Source of the DNA: an uncultured Eubacteriales bacterium | GTDB lineage: Bacteria > Bacillota > Clostridia > TANB77 > CAG-508 | Assembly: GCA_949288185.1 (NCBI GenBank) | Contig: CASEIZ010000008.1 | Span: 891-64,890, forward strand | Reading direction: 5' to 3' | Length of the DNA: 64,000 nt | Notes under the pieces: generated by a model | What the model was told of the DNA's origin: nothing | Seen by the model: only the letters and a program-made list of their open reading frames with translations | Databases searched by the model: none | Program-made: the position numbers and the translations under genes | In this document: in pieces, positions 12,049 through 21,920 of the stretch | How the letters are laid out: each line of letters starts with the position of its first letter | How positions within the stretch are numbered: the stretch's first letter is position 1

Positions 12049-12353
12049 GGGATTTTAGGGACGGACTCATTTTTCCCTTTTTTATATTGTAAGATACTTA
12101 AAAAATATAGAATATAAAGTCATTACACAATTTTGTATAAACTAAATTTTCATAGAAATTCTTTAATAAAAAAGTGAGCCTCTCTCATTGTTGCTGTAAA
12201 GCATAAGCAAAATGAGCAGTCCTCACTTTTTTATTTTAGAATTTCTAAATTCAAATTTAGATACGCAAAATTGTTTCATTTTTTTATATTCTATATTTTT
12301 TGCTTTAATCAATTCGAAAAAGGGAAAAATGAGTCCGTCCCCAAAATCCCTTA
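12046..12353. repeat. GGGGACG-core palindromic element (subtype A, long)
   Basis: 37-bp terminal inverted repeats with 1 mismatch (12046-12082 / 12317-12353) and an internal hairpin about 12165-12235. Confidence 0.9.
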
Positions 12354-12367
12354 ATTGCACAAAAAGT

Positions 12368-13477
12368 TTATTTTTTCATCAGAATTGCATCATATTTATT
12401 ATCATAATATTGTTTCCTTCTGCCACATTCTTCAAAACCGAATTTTTGATATAAAGAAATCGCAGAAAAATTTTCTTCATTGACTTCAAGATGAATTGTT
12501 TTAATACCTTTTTCTTTGCAAATATCCAAAATATGATTTAGTAATAAAGTAGCAATTCCTTGTCTTCTATAATCTTTTTTTACAGCAATATTCATCATAT
12601 CTGCTTCATCTAATATGATTTTTATTCCAGCAAATCCAACGATTTTGTTTTCATATTTAGCACAGATAAATTGAGAAGTTTCACTGGTCAATTCATCCTT
12701 CAAAATATCGATATTCCAAAAATCATCAAATTCAGAAATGTCTAAATTTTCTAAATCAGACATTTTCATATCTTCAATAACTATATTTTTTTCTTCTAAT
12801 TGTCTTTGTGCTTGAGGCTTTTTTAAATACAGAGGAAGAAGATTTTTGTCTTCACCTAATTGTGTGTATTTATGGATTCCAGCAATTCCTAAAGCATAGA
12901 CATCAACAGTATTCAAGTTATCATTGTCAGATAAAACAAAATTGGATGAAGTTGTTTTAATTTTGTCTTTATATACTTCACAAGCATCTCCTACAAAGGT
13001 AATGGTTGAATTTGTATATTTATAATTTAAGAAAGTTAAACAACTTTCAATACTATCTGCTTTAGGACTTTCTAATAAAGTATAATGTCCATTTTCTAAT
13101 TGATATATAGCATAATAACAATTATCATTTTTACAATCAATCATACTACAAATGATGCCATCTGTTTTTATAGAATAAGCTAATCCTTCAAGAGAAGAAA
13201 TACCAACAGAAGGAATTTGTAAACTATCTGAGAAAGCTTTTACAGTGGCAACTCCAATACGAATACCAGTAAAAGATCCAGGTCCAATATCACAAACCAA
13301 TAAATCCATTTGAGATAAAGTTAAATTAGTTTCTTCTAATATTTGTTTTATTAATGGCATTAAACTTTCTGAATGTGTTAATCCATTATTTAATTCTATT
13401 TTTTTTACTAATTTTTCATCTTCTAATATAGCAACACTACATATTTTGCTAGAAGTTTCCATACTTAATACTTTCAA
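12368..13477 (-). CDS. tsaB: Fused tRNA threonylcarbamoyl-adenosine protein TsaB / RimI-type GNAT acetyltransferase
   Basis: N-terminal ETSS, HSESLMP, GPGSFTGIRIG; C-terminal NIAVKKDYRRQGIA, LEVNEEN, GRRKQYY. Confidence 0.9.
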   Translation of the reverse strand: MKVLSMETSSKICSVAILEDEKLVKKIELNNGLTHSESLMPLIKQILEETNLTLSQMDLLVCDIGPGSFTGIRIGVATVKAFSDSLQIPSVGISSLEGLAYSIKTDGIICSMIDCKNDNCYYAIYQLENGHYTLLESPKADSIESCLTFLNYKYTNSTITFVGDACEVYKDKIKTTSSNFVLSDNDNLNTVDVYALGIAGIHKYTQLGEDKNLLPLYLKKPQAQRQLEEKNIVIEDMKMSDLENLDISEFDDFWNIDILKDELTSETSQFICAKYENKIVGFAGIKIILDEADMMNIAVKKDYRRQGIATLLLNHILDICKEKGIKTIHLEVNEENFSAISLYQKFGFEECGRRKQYYDNKYDAILMKK

Positions 13478-13478
13478 T

Positions 13479-13946
13479 CTAATCCTCCAACTTATCTAAT
13501 AATTCATCATATTTTTCACCATAAGAAGTGATATTTAAAATTCTAGTATTTTCATCATTATTATTTCTTTCGAATTGAATATGGATATAGTCTTTAGGAA
13601 GGGCGTCTTGGATGATTTCACCCCATTCAATAATACAAATTCCATTTTCAAAATATTCTTCTCCACCAATGGCATAAAATTCAGAAGAATCTTCCAAACG
13701 ATACACATCAAAATGAAAGATTTTTGTATCATCTTTTACATATTCATTAACAATGGTAAATGTAGGACTAGAGATTTCATCTTCTAATCCATAATATGTT
13801 AAAAGTCCTTCCGTTAATTTTGTTTTCCCTGAACCTAATTCTCCTGTTAAAACAACAATATCACCTTTTTGTAAGAAACTAGCTAATGTTTTTCCAAAAT
13901 CTAATGTTTCCTTTTCATTATGGGATATTAATTTCAAATGTTTCAT
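13479..13946 (-). CDS. tsaE: tRNA threonylcarbamoyl-adenosine ATPase TsaE
   Basis: GELGSGKT, SSPTFTIVNEY, HFDVYRL, IIEWG. Confidence 0.95.
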   Translation of the reverse strand: MKHLKLISHNEKETLDFGKTLASFLQKGDIVVLTGELGSGKTKLTEGLLTYYGLEDEISSPTFTIVNEYVKDDTKIFHFDVYRLEDSSEFYAIGGEEYFENGICIIEWGEIIQDALPKDYIHIQFERNNNDENTRILNITSYGEKYDELLDKLED

Positions 13947-14015
13947 AATTTACCTCGCAAATTTATATTTTCAAGCAATATTATACTATATATTGTTTGA
14001 AAACACAAACCCAAA

Positions 14016-14044
14016 TTGACATAATTATGTAGAGATGATAAAAT
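14016..14044 (+). promoter_or_regulatory. Sigma-A promoter with extended -10
   Basis: TTGACA 14016-14021, 17-bp spacer, TGnTAAAAT. Confidence 0.7.
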
Positions 14045-14091
14045 ATAAAAGTATCAAGCAAATGCTTCAGGATTTAGGAGGTAGAAGAAAG

Positions 14092-14505
14092 ATGAGTCAA
14101 ATGGAGCAAATGAATCAAGCTAAGGAAACGGTAATAGAAGCATTAAAAAATTATCAAGAGGTACTCGAGAAAACATTTCAAGAGGAACTTAAAGGAATAC
14201 GGGATCATTTACACCGGCTTCTAAACGAAGGCATAAATGAAGAATATAAATTATGCTTTGCAAAGAATTTTATGGAAGGTTACACAGTAATTTCTCGTGA
14301 ATCTGTGGAAGTGTTTCTAAGAGAAACAGATGGGTGGCATGCTAGTAAAGCTGTTGAAAACTATCCTAATAGGGATATAATGAATTGGACTAAGATATTC
14401 CGACGCCACATAGAAGCAATAACATCACTAGAGAAAATAAGCAAAGAATATCAAAAAAACCAAACAGTTTTAAAGTCATTTGATGAATCTAAAAAGAGGG
14501 GATAA
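14092..14505 (+). CDS. Hypothetical protein (accessory-looking orphan)
   Basis: AGGAGG SD then ATG 14092; atypical codons including CGG at 14200 and 14215. Confidence 0.65.
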   Translation: MSQMEQMNQAKETVIEALKNYQEVLEKTFQEELKGIRDHLHRLLNEGINEEYKLCFAKNFMEGYTVISRESVEVFLRETDGWHASKAVENYPNRDIMNWTKIFRRHIEAITSLEKISKEYQKNQTVLKSFDESKKRG

Positions 14506-14520
14506 AAATTCATCCCTGAC

Positions 14521-14560
14521 GTAATAAATCCTCCCCGACTTGGTCGAGGGGATTTATTAC
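14521..14560. terminator. Hairpin terminator
   Basis: GTAATAAATCC...CGAC/GTCG...GGATTTATTAC stem-loop after the orphan gene. Confidence 0.7.
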
Positions 14561-14649
14561 ATTTCTATGACATTTAAAAAAAATGTTGAAAAAAGTAGTT
14601 CCTTCATATATAATAAAATTGTATGAGAATTTAACGAAGGAGGAAGCAT

Positions 14650-15450
14650 ATGGATACATTTGCTAATTACATTTTAGACGAACAAGATATAGCTTCTAAA
14701 ATGGAAATTACATACTATTTAGCCAAAAAGACCAGAATATTCTTTGATAAATCTGTTGTATTTAAAACAGAGATTGCAAGAATGTTTGTAGACTATATGA
14801 AAGTAGATGTTGATAAAAACTTAATTATAACCGCTTGTCTATTATGTAATTGTAAAAAAGTAGATAATGCACAAGATATAGAGAAAATTCATTCATATGC
14901 TAAAGAAGGAGCAGATTATTTATTAACCTTAGGATTTGATGAAAGATTTTGTAAAATGTGTGAAGAGGTAAATCGATATAGTAATAGTAATCCAAGAGAA
15001 AGAGAAAGTGATGTATTGGAATTAGTTGATCAATTTGGAGGAATGTTACTAGATAGACCGGAAAGAATTGGATTTCAACCAGATGAAGCCATGGTATTAT
15101 TAGAACATAGAAATTTAAAAGGACAATATAATCGATTTTTACATACATTTGGAGAGTTTGTTCAGATGATGGAAAAAATAGAATTAAGTGATTTAACTTC
15201 TATGAAATCTTTAAGGAGATTAGTAAAAATACATAATGAATCAGAAAATATAAAAACATTTATTAAAAAAGTATGTTACGAATATGAACCCAAAATAGAT
15301 AAAGCATTAGAAAATTATAGAAAAGAAGTGAAAGGTGAAATGTTTAAAGATGCTAATAGACCATTATTTAGTGAAGAAACCACAAAAAAAATATTAGCAC
15401 ATATAGCAGAAGAAAATATGCAAGGTGAAAAATTAAAAAATGAAAATTAA
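14650..15450 (+). CDS. Degenerate HD/HD-GYP-like domain protein
   Basis: ACLLCNCKK at the usual ALLHDIGK position, EGADYL, LVDQFGGMLLDRPER resembling the DxFDAMxxDRPYR segment. Confidence 0.6.
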   Translation: MDTFANYILDEQDIASKMEITYYLAKKTRIFFDKSVVFKTEIARMFVDYMKVDVDKNLIITACLLCNCKKVDNAQDIEKIHSYAKEGADYLLTLGFDERFCKMCEEVNRYSNSNPRERESDVLELVDQFGGMLLDRPERIGFQPDEAMVLLEHRNLKGQYNRFLHTFGEFVQMMEKIELSDLTSMKSLRRLVKIHNESENIKTFIKKVCYEYEPKIDKALENYRKEVKGEMFKDANRPLFSEETTKKILAHIAEENMQGEKLKNEN

Positions 15451-15462
15451 ATAAAATTGCCA

Positions 15463-15569
15463 AAGTTGCCAAAGGGGACGTGTTAAAATGGCAACTTTGG
15501 TTATTTATTTATAAGTAACTAAGCTTGTAATTAAAAGTTGCCATTTTAACACGTCCCCTTTGGCAACTT
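15463..15569. repeat. GGGGACG-core palindromic element (subtype B)
   Basis: Perfect 36-bp inverted repeat AAGTTGCCAAAGGGGACGTGTTAAAATGGCAACTTT 15463-15498 / 15534-15569. Confidence 0.9.
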
Positions 15570-15597
15570 CGGTAATTTTTAGAAAAGAGGTATTAAA

Positions 15598-16785
15598 ATG
15601 TACGAAATATTTGCAGATTTACATGTACACATAGGAAGAAGTGAACACGGAAAGCCAATTAAAATAACAGCAGCAAGGTCTTTAAATTTTGCAAACATTG
15701 CAAAAGAGTGTGCAGAAAGAAAAGGAATTAATGTGGTAGGAATTATTGATTGTGCATCACCATATGTGATAGAAGATATAGAGAATTTCTTAAAAACAGG
15801 AGATGCTTATGAATTAAAAGATGGAGGAATTATCTATAAAGACAAAGTTTGTATCCTTTTAGGAAGTGAAGTAGAAACTTCAGAAGAAGGAAGAAATGGA
15901 AAAAAAGGAGCAGCACATAATATTTGTTTCTTTCCACATTTAGCTGATATTAAAGGATTTTCAAATGAATTAAGTCATCATTTAAAAAATATTACATTAA
16001 GTACGCAAAGGTCAGATTTATCAGGATATGATTTAATTGATATGGTAGAAAGATATCATGGAATATTAATACCTGCCCATATCTTTACACCACACAAAAG
16101 CTATTATGGAAATTGCACAGATAGATTACAAAATATATTTAAGGAAAAATATGATAAAATATTTGCAGTAGAATTAGGATTGAGTTCAGATACCTATTTG
16201 GCAGATATGATTTCTGAACTAGAGAATAAAACTTTTGTTACCAATTCAGATGCCCATTCTTTACCTAAGATAGCTAGAGAATATAACAAAATGCAAGTAG
16301 AAGATATCTCATTTAAGGAAATTGTAAAAGCATTAAAAAATGAGGACGGAAGAAAAGTAATTAGCAATTATGGATTAGACCCAAAACTTGGAAAATATCA
16401 TAGAACTTATTGTGATGATTGTGAAAAAGCGATAGAAACAAAAGAACCTGTTGATATTTGCCCATATTGTGGGGGGAAAAATGTAACGTTTGGTGTTTTT
16501 GATAGAATTGAATTAATTCGTGATAAACAAGAATCAAAAAGCCCAGAAAATAGACCACCATATGTATATCAAATTCCTTTAGGATTTATTCCAGGAGTAG
16601 GTGGAAAAACGATTACTAAATTATTAGATACTTTTGATACAGAGATGAATATTCTTCATAAATTATCAAAAGATGATATAGAAGCAGTTGTAGGAGAAAA
16701 AATTGCTGATACGATTGAAAGAGCTAGAAATGGAGAATGTAAAGTGCAATCTGGTGGAGGCGGAAACTACGGAAAAGTAGTTTAA
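15598..16785 (+). CDS. Endonuclease Q / YqxK (TIGR00375)-family PHP-like protein
   Basis: ADLHVH, PAHIFTP, ELGLSSD, NSDAHS, LGKYHRTYC, CxxC zinc ribbon; upstream of spoIIM-xerD as in Bacillus. Confidence 0.85.
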   Translation: MYEIFADLHVHIGRSEHGKPIKITAARSLNFANIAKECAERKGINVVGIIDCASPYVIEDIENFLKTGDAYELKDGGIIYKDKVCILLGSEVETSEEGRNGKKGAAHNICFFPHLADIKGFSNELSHHLKNITLSTQRSDLSGYDLIDMVERYHGILIPAHIFTPHKSYYGNCTDRLQNIFKEKYDKIFAVELGLSSDTYLADMISELENKTFVTNSDAHSLPKIAREYNKMQVEDISFKEIVKALKNEDGRKVISNYGLDPKLGKYHRTYCDDCEKAIETKEPVDICPYCGGKNVTFGVFDRIELIRDKQESKSPENRPPYVYQIPLGFIPGVGGKTITKLLDTFDTEMNILHKLSKDDIEAVVGEKIADTIERARNGECKVQSGGGGNYGKVV

Positions 16786-16945
16786 TCGTTAACATCACTA
16801 GTTTGTGTCTGTCTAAAAATAATGAGAGCCATGTTTATCTTTAGACAGAGTAGTTATGGATTATTCTATGGTTATATTATAAAAAAATAGTTCTATAAAT
16901 CTTCTTATCGAATACACATTATGTATAAGTGATAAGGAGATTTTT

Positions 16946-17584
16946 ATGAGAGAAAAGAAACAACTTAAACTATTAAAAATAATAAAAGAACATGTGATAA
17001 ACAATAAAAAAGAATATGTTATCATTTTTTTGATATTTGTCATTGGAATATTTAGTGGTGTCTTTTTTATCAATCATTTACAAGAAACACCTAAGACAGA
17101 AATAGCAAATTATTTAAACCAGTTTATAGAAAAATTTAAAGGACTAGAAAGCATAAACCGTATAGAATTACTAAAAAATTCAGTGATACAAAATATAGGA
17201 TTGGCAATTGTTATTTGGTTTTTTGGAACAACGGTTATTGGGATACCGATTGTTTTTGCGATTATTTTATATCGAGGATTCTGTCTAGGATATACGATTG
17301 CATTATGTATTACTATTATGGGATTAGGAAAAGGAATTAGTTTTATATTAGTAGCTTTATTGTTACAAAATATTTTATTGATTCCGGCGATTTTAGCATT
17401 AGCAGTAAGTGGAATAAAATTATATAAATCGATTGTAAAAGATAAGACAAAGGAAAATGTAAAATTAGAGATATTAAGACATACCGTATTTTCAATCATT
17501 ATGTTAATTATATTAGTCATTGCATCTGTGATAGAAATATTTATGTCTACTAACATATTAAAACTAGTTATAAAATATTTTTAA
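16946..17584 (+). CDS. spoIIM: Stage II sporulation protein M
   Basis: Multi-pass membrane protein, GIPIVFAIILYRGFCLGYT, LLLQNILLIP; synteny. Confidence 0.85.
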   Translation: MREKKQLKLLKIIKEHVINNKKEYVIIFLIFVIGIFSGVFFINHLQETPKTEIANYLNQFIEKFKGLESINRIELLKNSVIQNIGLAIVIWFFGTTVIGIPIVFAIILYRGFCLGYTIALCITIMGLGKGISFILVALLLQNILLIPAILALAVSGIKLYKSIVKDKTKENVKLEILRHTVFSIIMLIILVIASVIEIFMSTNILKLVIKYF

Positions 17585-17684
17585 AAAAATATCAAAAAAT
17601 GTATTTACTTTTTTCTAATAGTTTGATATAACATATATAGTTTATGTAAATATAATTCAAAAAATATAGAGGTAGGGGAAAAAA

Positions 17685-18566
17685 ATGGAAAGACAATTAA
17701 AATTCTTTTTTAACTTTTTAGCAAATGATAAGAAATTATCAGACAATACATTACAATCATACAAAAGAGATTTGAAGCAATTTAGAAAATATTTAGAGGA
17801 AAACGGACTTCACTATAATAGAGTAAAAGAAGAAGATATGCAAAATTACATTAAAGGGTTACAAGAACAAGGCAAAAAAGCATCAAGTATTTCTAGATGT
17901 ATTGCATCAATACGTTCTTTCTACCAATTTGTGTTAAAAAATAAAAAGATAAAAGAAGATCCAACAGCAAATATTCAATCACCAAAAATAGAAAAAAGGA
18001 CACCAAATGTATTATCAGCAAAAGAAGTAGAATTATTGTTAAAACAACCAGATACGGTTGATTTAAAAGGTGTAAGAGACAAGGCAATGTTAGAGTTTGC
18101 TTATGCTACAGGAATGAGAGTAACAGAAATTATTTCTTTAAATATAGATGATGTTAATTTAGAAGAGGCTTATGTTATTTGCAAAAGTGGAAATAAACAA
18201 AGAATTATTCCATTAGGCTCAATGTCATTAAAAGCATTAAAAGAATATATTGAAGAAGCAAGAGGAATTTTAATAAAAAATGAAGATGAAAAAGCATTAT
18301 TTGTTAATGTCAACGGGGGAAGACTTACAAGACAAGGTTTCTGGAAAATTATTAAATTTTATAAAGAACAAGCTCATATTACAAAGGATATAACGCCACA
18401 TGTATTAAGACATTCATTTGCAACACATTTACTACAAAATGGTGCAGATTTGAGGGCAATACAAACAATGCTTGGACATTCAGATATATCTTCTACACAA
18501 GTATATATGCAATTCCAAGATGAGGGACTAAGAGATATTTATAGAAAAGCACATCCAAGAGCATAA
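17685..18566 (+). CDS. xerD: Site-specific tyrosine recombinase XerD
   Basis: YATGMRVTE, TPHVLRHSFATHLL, LGHSDISSTQVY, HPRA terminus. Confidence 0.92.
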   Translation: MERQLKFFFNFLANDKKLSDNTLQSYKRDLKQFRKYLEENGLHYNRVKEEDMQNYIKGLQEQGKKASSISRCIASIRSFYQFVLKNKKIKEDPTANIQSPKIEKRTPNVLSAKEVELLLKQPDTVDLKGVRDKAMLEFAYATGMRVTEIISLNIDDVNLEEAYVICKSGNKQRIIPLGSMSLKALKEYIEEARGILIKNEDEKALFVNVNGGRLTRQGFWKIIKFYKEQAHITKDITPHVLRHSFATHLLQNGADLRAIQTMLGHSDISSTQVYMQFQDEGLRDIYRKAHPRA

Positions 18567-18575
18567 TAAAAAGAT

Positions 18576-18607
18576 ATAACAGCTATACAAAATATAGCTG
18601 TTTTTTT
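18576..18607 (+). terminator. Intrinsic terminator
   Basis: ACAGCTATA/TATAGCTGT stem followed by T run. Confidence 0.8.
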
Positions 18608-18712
18608 GTGTTATAGGAAAAAGTTCTCGTCAAGCGAAAATTATCCGTACCATACAAAAAGACTTGTATATATAATAAAAGATATGGTAAAATATCATTT
18701 ATAAGAAAATTA

Positions 18713-18780
18713 ACCTTGTTGTATCTGGGAAAATCTTACAAAGAATCAAAAAAGGTGATTTTTCCTATACAGTGAAAAAA
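18713..18780. repeat. Second-family dispersed hairpin, copy 1
   Basis: ACCTTGTTGTATCTGGGAAAATC...GTGATTTTTCCTATACA; similar copy at 47503-47570. Confidence 0.6.
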
Positions 18781-18805
18781 TTATATAATAAAAAGGTGGA
18801 AAAAA

Positions 18806-19702
18806 ATGAAAAAATCAATAATACTAAGAATCATTATAGGAATGATGGCACTATGTCTTTGCATTTCAGCCTTAACAATAGCATATTTTTTTAATACAGA
18901 TATTGAAACAAGACAACCAAGACAAATTATAAAAGAATGTGAAATAAACACATATACATATATGGAAAGAAATGTATTTACCATTACGAAAAAGAATGTG
19001 GAAGAACGTGATAACAAAAAATATATCGTATATTTCCATGGTGGCTCTTATGTAGCAGAAGCTACACAAAATCATTGGTATTTTTTAGAAAATGTTGTAA
19101 AAGATACGGGATATACAGTGATTATGCCAGATTATCCATTGACACCAAAATATCATTATCAAGATGTATACAATATGGTAGAGCCATTATATAAAGAAAT
19201 TATAGAAACAGTTGGAAGTGAAAATGTCATTTTAATGGGAGATTCAGCAGGTGGAGGATTAGCACTTGGGGTATATGAAAGAATGGCAGAAGAAGCAGTA
19301 GCCCTTCCTGTAAAAACAATTTTAATTTCACCATGGCTAGATGTAAGATTAGAAAATGAAAATATACAAGAAATAGAAAAAAGAGATACGATTTTAAATA
19401 AAGAGGCATTACGCCTAGCAGGGATTTCTTATGCGGAAAAAGATGGAATCAATAGCTATTTGGTAAATCCAATTGATGGAGATGTGTCTACATTACAAAA
19501 TATAAAAATATTTGTTGGAACAGAGGATATATTAAATCCAGATTGTCATTTATTAAAAGAAAAAGCAGATGCTGTCAATGGTGATGTAGAAATCAAAGAA
19601 TATGAAAATGCAAAACATATTTGGATAATCGATCATAATTCTGATGAAGAAGTTACAAACAAAGCATATAATGATGTGATAGAAGAATTAAAAAATCGTT
19701 AA
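18806..19702 (+). CDS. Alpha/beta hydrolase (HSL-family esterase/lipase), N-terminal membrane anchor
   Basis: YFHGGSY, GDSAGG nucleophile motif, catalytic D and H (EDIL, KHIW). Confidence 0.88.
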   Translation: MKKSIILRIIIGMMALCLCISALTIAYFFNTDIETRQPRQIIKECEINTYTYMERNVFTITKKNVEERDNKKYIVYFHGGSYVAEATQNHWYFLENVVKDTGYTVIMPDYPLTPKYHYQDVYNMVEPLYKEIIETVGSENVILMGDSAGGGLALGVYERMAEEAVALPVKTILISPWLDVRLENENIQEIEKRDTILNKEALRLAGISYAEKDGINSYLVNPIDGDVSTLQNIKIFVGTEDILNPDCHLLKEKADAVNGDVEIKEYENAKHIWIIDHNSDEEVTNKAYNDVIEELKNR

Positions 19703-19777
19703 GGACAAAATTTGAAAAAGAATTACAATTTAATTCTTTTCTAATTAAGAAAGCCTTTGAGAGGAATGGTAGTAAAA

Positions 19778-21055
19778 ATGAGTGATAAAAAAGAAAAATT
19801 ATATTGGAGACGATTAGATAATTCTGCAAAAATATTTCCCATATCTGCTGGAAAAAAATATAGTACAGTTTTTAGATTATCTGCTGTTTTAAAAGAAACC
19901 ATACAACCATACATATTACAAATAGCAGTAGAGAAAGCATTAGAGGAATATGAATTTTTTAGAGTCAGATTAAAAAACGGATTTTTTTGGAATTATCTAG
20001 AATATAATCCTAAAAAACCAATTGTAGAACAAGAGAAAGAATATCCTTGCAAATATATAGAACCAAAAGAAAATAACCATTACTTATTTAAAGTTACCTA
20101 TTTTGATAAAAAAATAAATATTGATATATTTCATTCCTTAACAGATGGAAATAGTGGGGTTATGTTTTTTAGAGAAATTGTCTATAACTATATAGAATTG
20201 TCACACAAAGAAGAATTTCATGAAGAATTAAGAATCAAGAGAAAATTTGATTTATCAACAGAAGATAGTTATATAAAAAATTATAATAAAAAAGCAAAAG
20301 GAAATAATGCATCTAAAAAAGCATATAAATTAGCAGGAAGAAAAATAAAATTAGGAGCGATTTCAGCCATACATGAAATCATTGATTTACAGGAATTAAA
20401 ACAAGAAGCCAAAAGCCATAATGCAACCATTACACAATATCTAACAGCTGTTTTAATATATGCTATCTATGAAGCGAATTATTTAAAAAATAAAGGAAAG
20501 AAACCAATAAAAATATGTATACCAGTCAATTTAAAAAAATATTTTCCTTCTAATACCATTTCTAATTTCTTTTCATATATAACGGTAGAGGCAGAAATGC
20601 AAAAGGATAAATTAGATACTTTTGATAAGATATTGGAGTTTGTAAAGAAAGATTTTGAAAGAAAATTAGCACTAGAAGAAATACAAAAAACGATGTCTGG
20701 AAATGTAAGGTTAGGAACAAATCTATTTATTAAAATGATACCATTAGTATTAAAAAAGCCGATAGTCAGATTAAGCTATTTGGAAATTCGAAAATATACA
20801 ACAACAACATTTTCAAATATTGGGAGAATTGGTATCATTGGTAAATATCAAAAATATATAGAAGATTTTCTCATGTTAATTGCACCTGAGCCAGTAGAAA
20901 AAATTAAATGTTCAGCATGCTCTTTTGAAAATCATATTGTATTTACATTTACATCAATTTTAGATGATTGCAGTATAGAAAAAGCATTTTACAAATTTTT
21001 AACAGAAAAAAATATTCCTGTAAAAATAGAAAGTAATGAAATTTTAGATATCTAA
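19778..21055 (+). CDS. Alcohol acetyltransferase-like (condensation-fold) acyltransferase
   Basis: WRRLDNSAKIF, HSLTDG (HxxxDG), PVNLKKYFPS, FSNIG. Confidence 0.75.
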   Translation: MSDKKEKLYWRRLDNSAKIFPISAGKKYSTVFRLSAVLKETIQPYILQIAVEKALEEYEFFRVRLKNGFFWNYLEYNPKKPIVEQEKEYPCKYIEPKENNHYLFKVTYFDKKINIDIFHSLTDGNSGVMFFREIVYNYIELSHKEEFHEELRIKRKFDLSTEDSYIKNYNKKAKGNNASKKAYKLAGRKIKLGAISAIHEIIDLQELKQEAKSHNATITQYLTAVLIYAIYEANYLKNKGKKPIKICIPVNLKKYFPSNTISNFFSYITVEAEMQKDKLDTFDKILEFVKKDFERKLALEEIQKTMSGNVRLGTNLFIKMIPLVLKKPIVRLSYLEIRKYTTTTFSNIGRIGIIGKYQKYIEDFLMLIAPEPVEKIKCSACSFENHIVFTFTSILDDCSIEKAFYKFLTEKNIPVKIESNEILDI

Positions 21056-21106
21056 AAATGTAAAAAATCATAAGTATAAAAGAGATAAATAAGAAAGGAA
21101 TTCCCT

Positions 21107-21670
21107 ATGTTATATCCTAAAAAACTAAGTAGTAAAAAAAGTAATTTATTGATGAAAATATTATTAGGTATTTCATTGATAATTGCCATTATATTAACAA
21201 TTATCAATAAATTTACAATGCCTGAAATTCATTGGGCAGCACTTGCTAATAGTGGAATTATATATTCATGGATAACTGTTATATATTCTATACATAAAAG
21301 AACCAATATTGCAGGTCATGTTATGATACAAGCAATTGCTATTTCACTTCTAACAACATATATAGATTATAATTTAGGATTTAAAGGTTGGTCTCTAGAA
21401 ATTTCAATTCCGATTATCATCATGATAGCCAATGTAACGATGTTAGTATTAACCATAGTTAGTCATAGAAAATATGTAAGATATGCGATATATCAATTGG
21501 TGATTTGTATTTATAGTTTGATACCAATTTATTTTATACAAAAAGAATTAATAGATAATTACATTTTAAGTTATGTTGCCATTGGCATTTCCATTTTAAA
21601 TTTTATACTAACAATAATTCTTTCAGCAAGAGATGTAAAAGAAGCGGTGATAAGGAAATTTCATATGTAG
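21107..21670 (+). CDS. Integral membrane protein (DUF6320-like)
   Basis: Six hydrophobic segments, IDYNLGFKGWSL, C-terminal RKFHM. Confidence 0.65.
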   Translation: MLYPKKLSSKKSNLLMKILLGISLIIAIILTIINKFTMPEIHWAALANSGIIYSWITVIYSIHKRTNIAGHVMIQAIAISLLTTYIDYNLGFKGWSLEISIPIIIMIANVTMLVLTIVSHRKYVRYAIYQLVICIYSLIPIYFIQKELIDNYILSYVAIGISILNFILTIILSARDVKEAVIRKFHM

Positions 21671-21860
21671 TCCGCATAGGGACAAGATAAAAGCTGATGT
21701 TTCCTATATAATAAGAAAACTTTGTTGTCTAAGACAATAAAAAAACGTCAAAATGTTACTTTTATAAATTTTATAAAAGTAACATTTTGGCATTTAAAGG
21801 ATTATAGATATGAATGGTAATCACCTATAAAATAAATATACATTTCTTGAATGATTACTC

Positions 21861-21906
21861 TTGACAAAAGAAAATTATGGTATTAGAATAGTTAGGTCAC
21901 GAACTA
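21861..21906 (+). promoter_or_regulatory. Sigma-A promoter plus probable MarR operator
   Basis: TTGACA 21861-21866, 17 bp, TAGAAT 21884-21889; palindrome TAGTT-N8-AACTA 21889-21906. Confidence 0.6.
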
Positions 21907-21920
21907 AAAGAGGTGTAGAT

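Noticed and set aside
12212-12454. Short ORFs overlapping repeats (also 37067-37273, 41129-41332, 48877-49296 and N-terminal extensions at 43461, 49157, 55098)
   Set aside because: Translations of palindromic arms; recurring peptides such as KGKMSPSP are repeat artefacts.
17685-18566. Tyrosine recombinase as a prophage or island integrase
   Set aside because: Sequence and the spoIIM-linked position fit housekeeping XerD; no att sites or phage genes seen.
21749-21789. Perfect 20-bp AT-rich palindrome (similar hairpins near 30450-30530 and 38850-38910)
   Set aside because: Single copies without the GGGGACG core; most simply terminators or operators.
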